This document shows positions 59,709 through 64,000 of a stretch of DNA of 64,000 bases, one piece after another (within the stretch, counting starts at the first letter, position 1; each line of letters opens with the position of its first letter). The notes under the pieces were generated by a model, which worked only from the letters and a program-made list of their open reading frames with translations, was not told the DNA's origin and did not search any database. The stretch is from Desulfatiglandales bacterium (lineage in GTDB: Bacteria; Desulfobacterota; DSM-4660; Desulfatiglandales; Desulfatiglandaceae). The DNA lies in contig OY759599.1 in NCBI GenBank assembly GCA_963662465.1, positions 7,776,001-7,840,000 of the forward strand, written 5' to 3'. The translations under genes were made by a program, and so were the position numbers.

Positions 59709-62393
59709 ATGAACGTTTTGAAGCCGGACAAGAAATCTACCATCATTACCCTACTTAAAAATGGCGTTGGTCAGCGTGAAGTACATCGTAAGACCAATAT
59801 TGACAGGAAAACGATCCGAAAATACGCAAAAGAAAGTGGCTTTTTACCCGAAGATTCCGACTTAAATTCAAGATCCCCCACCCTGGCCACCGGGGCTGAT
59901 TGCATCATCAGTGAAAATCCCCCACCCCGGCCACCGGTAAACAGCACATTCAAGGGAGAAAAACGGGCGATTCCACTCCATGCCAGATCAGCATGTGAGC
60001 CTCACCGAGAATGGATTGAAAAGCAGGTGAAGCTCGGGAGGAATGCCGTAGCGATTTACCAAGATTTGGTCGAGCGATTTGCCTTTACCCACAAATACAA
60101 CAGCGTAAAGCGGTTTGTAAGGGGACTGAGAAAAGAGGACCCCAAGCAATTCGATCGATTGGAGTTTTTACCAGGGGAAGAGGCTCAGGTAGACTATGGC
60201 ACGGGAGCCAAAACGCTTCATTCGACAGGGAAATACCGTAAAACTCGTCTCTTTATAATGACGTTGAAATACTCCAGGCGCTCATTCCGGAAAGTAGTTT
60301 GGCAATCAAGCAAAGAAACATGGGCAAAACTTCATGAGGAGTCATTTCGATATTTCGGAGGTTGCCCCCAATATGTGGTTCTGGACAATTTGAAAGAGGG
60401 CGTCATCAAACCGGATCTTTACGAACCTGAATTGAACACCGTCTATGCGGCCATGCTGGAGCATTACGGGGTTGTTGCAGATCCGGCAAGAGTTAGAGAC
60501 CCAAACCGGAAAGGGACTGTTGAAAATGCCGTACAGCATACCCAAGACACAGCTTTAAAAGGTCGCACATTTGAATCGATTGAACGACAGAATGAATGGC
60601 TTATGCACTGGGAGGAACAATGGGCTGCTCAGCGGATACACGGGAGAACCAAGCGACAGGTTGAAGAAATGTTTCAAGAAGAAAAACCGTACCTTAAACA
60701 ACTTCCCTTAACTGCATTCAGCTATTTCAGCCAAGAAATCCGTACGGTCTGGGATGACGGCGCCATTCAGGTGGGGAAATCCTATTATTCAGCCTTGCCG
60801 GCGCCCCTTTATACAAAGGTTATTGTCAGGATTTATGACAGAGAGATTGAGATTATCAATCCTGTAACAATGGAGATTTTCCGCAGGCACGCCAAGAACA
60901 GCAGGCCGGGATCTGTCAATATACCGCCGGAAGATAGGATTTTTAATCCTTCACGTCAAACAACGTATCTCTTTGCCAAAGCAGAGAGCATTGGTCCCGC
61001 AACTTTAAAATTATGCAAGGTCTTGTTTGAGGAAGAAGGCAGAACCGGTCAAAGACGAATACAGGGGATTGTCAACCTGGTCCGACATTATGAGGCCCGT
61101 TACGTGGAACAGGCCTGCATCAAAGCCAATAATGTGGGGCTGCGCAATTACAAATCCATCCGCAACCTTGTCAAAACGTTAGCCGAAAAAAACCAGGAAG
61201 AAAAGGATTCTGAGGGGCTGATTCAGGAACATAAATTAATACGCCCTCCGGAAGATTATGCTGCATTCTGGGAGCAGCACGCCGCACAGACACCGGTTTC
61301 GGAGGAAGGAGCAAACCGTTTTGTCATGCCCAAAGAGCAACTACCCGCAGTTTGGAAAAATGCAAGCTGGGAGAGAGTGATTGATGTTTTTGGCCTGGAA
61401 GTTGATGGAAACCGCCGCTGTAAGGCCAACGAGACATGGATCAAATCGCCTTTTACAGGCGAAAAAACTGCTTCGCTGCATTTGAACCTGACGGAGAATA
61501 TCTTCAAGGATTTCAGCAGTGGCCTGGGGGCGAAAGTCGGTGTACTCAATTTCTGCCAGGATCTTTTAGCGCTGCGAGGCCAGGCAATGAATTGCTATGA
61601 AGTTGCCTCCTGGATGGTGGAAAATGGAATTTCAAATTTGGATATACGTTCACGCGAGGTTAAAAACCATGTTCCTGAACTCAAAAAACCGAAAGAAAAC
61701 AAACCGATTCAAGTGGATTTAAGGCGTTTTGTACAGCCGCAACATCCAGAATTAAAACATCGACAGGTTTCAGAGGCGACATGTCGCTATCTGGGATGTG
61801 GTTTTCTCCCGGAAAGGCCGAATGGAAACAAACAGTCACCTCTCAATGGCCGGTTGGTGTTTCAAGTGCGGGGAATGTCCGGCGCTATACTGACACATGT
61901 CGGTCGTGCATTGACACTGCAGCAAGAAAAAACGAATGGGAAATACTGGAGCTTTCCGTTCTTCAAAAAACTGGAAATATACAACCAGGACAAACTGTTA
62001 TCAGATGCTTCAGCAAAGGATCAAGTTCAGCGGCTTGGCTTGGTGCTGGTAGAAGGTTTTTTTGATGTGGCAGTTTTGGTCGAATCGGGTTGTTTGAACG
62101 TCGGAGCACTGATGGGGTCGCACATGACCGAACAACAGGCAGCCCGAATAAAGTTAATCAGCTCACACATTGAGATTCCCAAAATTACCGTTTTTTTGGA
62201 CAGGGATGAAGCTGGGAGGATTGGCGCACAAAAAGCAGTTACTGTGCTGCGGAAAAATGGGTTTTCAGCCGAGGCCTTTGACTGGAACCAGACCCTTGGG
62301 TCGTCATTTGTGAAAATCCCAATGGCCGTTATGGATCCAGGCGATATGTCGTTAAGGCAGCTAAAGTGGTTGAGAAAAAAGGGAAACATTTGA
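59709..62393 (+). CDS. istA: IstA DDE transposase fused to a DnaG-like primase (TOPRIM) module
   Basis: HTH (IDRKTIRKY); DDE (QVDYG, VLDNLKEGV, KGTVE); then SPFTGEKTASL...FKDFSSG, GRLVFQV...VGRAL, VLVEGFFD, LMGSHMT, FLDRDEAG, DPGD. Confidence 0.88.
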   Translation: MNVLKPDKKSTIITLLKNGVGQREVHRKTNIDRKTIRKYAKESGFLPEDSDLNSRSPTLATGADCIISENPPPRPPVNSTFKGEKRAIPLHARSACEPHREWIEKQVKLGRNAVAIYQDLVERFAFTHKYNSVKRFVRGLRKEDPKQFDRLEFLPGEEAQVDYGTGAKTLHSTGKYRKTRLFIMTLKYSRRSFRKVVWQSSKETWAKLHEESFRYFGGCPQYVVLDNLKEGVIKPDLYEPELNTVYAAMLEHYGVVADPARVRDPNRKGTVENAVQHTQDTALKGRTFESIERQNEWLMHWEEQWAAQRIHGRTKRQVEEMFQEEKPYLKQLPLTAFSYFSQEIRTVWDDGAIQVGKSYYSALPAPLYTKVIVRIYDREIEIINPVTMEIFRRHAKNSRPGSVNIPPEDRIFNPSRQTTYLFAKAESIGPATLKLCKVLFEEEGRTGQRRIQGIVNLVRHYEARYVEQACIKANNVGLRNYKSIRNLVKTLAEKNQEEKDSEGLIQEHKLIRPPEDYAAFWEQHAAQTPVSEEGANRFVMPKEQLPAVWKNASWERVIDVFGLEVDGNRRCKANETWIKSPFTGEKTASLHLNLTENIFKDFSSGLGAKVGVLNFCQDLLALRGQAMNCYEVASWMVENGISNLDIRSREVKNHVPELKKPKENKPIQVDLRRFVQPQHPELKHRQVSEATCRYLGCGFLPERPNGNKQSPLNGRLVFQVRGMSGAILTHVGRALTLQQEKTNGKYWSFPFFKKLEIYNQDKLLSDASAKDQVQRLGLVLVEGFFDVAVLVESGCLNVGALMGSHMTEQQAARIKLISSHIEIPKITVFLDRDEAGRIGAQKAVTVLRKNGFSAEAFDWNQTLGSSFVKIPMAVMDPGDMSLRQLKWLRKKGNI

Positions 62394-62450
62394 TTTCCAT
62401 CGCCACGTTCTCGGTGGCGCGGAAATTTGTTTAACCTAAACGGCCATCCG

Positions 62451-62926
62451 AAGGAATCGGGCTTATGTATAAGCGAATATGGTCGGACTTTTTGAATCTC
62501 GTTACACGATAATCATAGGGCTTGATTGTTTTGGAGGTGAAAATGGGAGGCGGAAAACGTATGGGAGCCAGTCGAAAAAAGAAATCAGATCATTTGAGAC
62601 GTGAACTGCTGACAATTCGATTGCCGAAGTGGATGATTTCACAGCTCAAAAACAAATGTGAAATTGGCTATTTGATCGAGGATCAATTAAGGAATCGGGC
62701 TTATGTATAGGCGAATATGGTCGGACTTTTTGAATCTCGTTACACGATAATCATAGGGCTTGATTGTTTTGGAGGTGAAAATGCGAGGCGGAAAACGTAC
62801 GGGAGCCGGTCGAAAAAAGAAATCAGATCATTTGAGACGTGAACTGCTGACAATTCGATTGCCGAAGTGGATGATTTCACAGCTCAAAAACAAATGTGAA
62901 ATTGGCTATTTGATCGAGGATCAATT
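62451..62926 (+). repeat. 238-bp tandem duplication inside the IS21 element
   Basis: 62451-62688 versus 62689-62926; four substitutions seen. Confidence 0.95.
62543..62710 (+). CDS. Truncated, degenerate copy of the small basic protein
   Basis: MGGGKRMGASRKKK...; GGAGGT RBS; C-terminus replaced at the duplication junction. Confidence 0.55.
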   Translation: MGGGKRMGASRKKKSDHLRRELLTIRLPKWMISQLKNKCEIGYLIEDQLRNRAYV

Positions 62927-62978
62927 GAGGAAGATAGATTTTTTGGATATCCCGGATGACTATGACATTGATAACTGA
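62781..62978 (+). CDS. Small basic putative DNA-binding protein (RGGxRxGAGRK plus RHH-like segment)
   Basis: MRGGKRTGAGRKKKSDHLRRELLTIRLPKWMISQLK; GGAGGT RBS. Confidence 0.7.
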   Translation: MRGGKRTGAGRKKKSDHLRRELLTIRLPKWMISQLKNKCEIGYLIEDQLRKIDFLDIPDDYDIDN

Positions 62979-63001
62979 AATCGAGAAAGGAGAAACTGAA
63001 T

Positions 63002-63775
63002 ATGCCGATGTCAATGCAGGAAATAGAGAAAAGTCTAGGAACGCTACGTTTAAGCGGTATGCGAGCAACATTAGAAACCCGAGTGATACAGGCAAATCAA
63101 GGAGAATCTTCTTTCCTGGAAGTCTTTTCATGCCTGCTTCAGGATGAGTTAGATTACAGGCGGTCGTGCCTGATAGAACGTAGATTTAATGCTTCCGGTC
63201 TTCGTGAGAGAAAAACATTGACTGAGTTTGATTGGGGCTTTAATCCAAGACTTCCAAAAAAGGAAATTTTTGAACTGGTGACCATCAAATTTATACACAA
63301 CGGTGAAGACGCACTCCTGATCGGTTCTCCCGGGACTGGGAAAAGCCATATCGTTAAAACAATTGCTCATGCTGCAACACAGGCATGCCATCAGGTTGTT
63401 TATCGTGAGGCCCATACTTTCTTTGAAGATGTCTTCGAAGCAGCCCAAACAGGGAAGACAAAAAAAATAACAAAGCTTTTTTCAGAAGCAGACTTGCTAA
63501 TAATAGATGATCTTTTCCTGAGAAAAAGGGTCCCTGAACATGCGGCAGATGATCTTCTTGATATCATACTGAATCGTTATTCCAAAAGAAAAAGTACACT
63601 CATAACATCAAACCGTCCGGTGGAGGACTGGGGTAAACTGCTCAGAGACAATGCCGCATCCTCTGCGATCCTTGACAGGTTGCTCCACCGAGGCCATTTG
63701 CTCAAATTTGAAGGAAAAAGCTACAGGCTAAAGGAGGCTGCAGAAAAACTTGCCATAGGGAAGAAAAAAGAATAA
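63002..63775 (+). CDS. istB: IstB AAA+ helper ATPase
   Basis: LRLSGM, FDWGFNP, GSPGTGKSH, LLIIDD, TSNRP, AILDRLLH, GKSYRL. Confidence 0.95.
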   Translation: MPMSMQEIEKSLGTLRLSGMRATLETRVIQANQGESSFLEVFSCLLQDELDYRRSCLIERRFNASGLRERKTLTEFDWGFNPRLPKKEIFELVTIKFIHNGEDALLIGSPGTGKSHIVKTIAHAATQACHQVVYREAHTFFEDVFEAAQTGKTKKITKLFSEADLLIIDDLFLRKRVPEHAADDLLDIILNRYSKRKSTLITSNRPVEDWGKLLRDNAASSAILDRLLHRGHLLKFEGKSYRLKEAAEKLAIGKKKE

Positions 63776-64000
63776 AGTGTAACCGTTCTGTCGCTGAAGA
63801 TCTTTCCAATGCCACGGTCAAGATCCTACATGGCCACCTTCACAGGTGGGGGATTTTGGGGTGGCCACAAGTGGGGGATTTTGAAGTGGCCATCCGGGTC
63901 AAGAACAATAAAATCACAAGATAAGTACTTCAAACAAGGCCTAGCCTTCAGCTACATTGGTACTAATGGCTTTCTATGTCGTCTGCGAAAATTCAAATCT

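Larger units (their letters stand above)
59546..63898 (+). mobile_element. IS21-family element, about 4353 bp, with a primase-fused transposase
   Basis: About 55-bp bipartite TIRs (59546-59600, 63844-63898) built from GGCCAC-N3-AAAATCCCCCAC units. TSD TCAAGA at 59540-59545 and 63899-63904 (or 5-bp CAAGA). istA-istB organisation. Confidence 0.95.
57164..64000 (+). pseudogene. pglX: PglX adenine methyltransferase interrupted by an IS21-family element; continues past the window end
   Basis: LGWLYQFWND, KTQLFTERYMV, DPAMGSGHF, ANPPY. The frame YGSASR|TIKSQDKYFKQGLAFSYIG resumes at 63905. Confidence 0.9.

Noticed and set aside
1..64000. rRNA, tRNA or riboswitch genes
   Set aside because: None recognised by eye; a covariance-model scan (Infernal/Rfam, tRNAscan-SE) would be needed to exclude them

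Overview
Chromosomal window with a gene repertoire typical of an anaerobic deltaproteobacterium (Desulfobacterota-like; this is an inference). Layout: (1) 3' part of a molybdopterin oxidoreductase and a REC-PAS-HD-GYP gene; (2) a pfa-type iterative fatty-acid/polyketide synthase cluster (pfaD, pfaA with 3 ACPs, fused pfaBC, alpha/beta-hydrolase; 3.3-19.5 kb); (3) a decaying accessory region (GNAT, AAA_14, DUF4019, WYL pseudogene, RloA/RloB, an ISAs1 copy, a RAYT-like Y1 transposase with a deleted sibling, the last four lying between 24-bp inverted repeats); (4) a Sec-signal RHS protein with an unusual repeat C-terminus and a YD partner gene; (5) a sigma54-controlled Na+/solute symporter module with a two-component system, CBS-DUF294, exonuclease and AcuA-like genes; (6) toxin-antitoxin and defence remnants; (7) a type 6 BREX operon (brxE-A-B-C-pglX) disrupted twice, by ISAs1 in brxC and by a 4.35-kb IS21-family element in pglX. 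The most striking item is that IS21 element. Its IstA DDE transposase continues in frame into a DnaG-like primase module (Zn-ribbon-like region plus TOPRIM), and it also carries a tandemly duplicated small basic DNA-binding gene before istB. All calls come from reading motifs by eye; no database searches were run.
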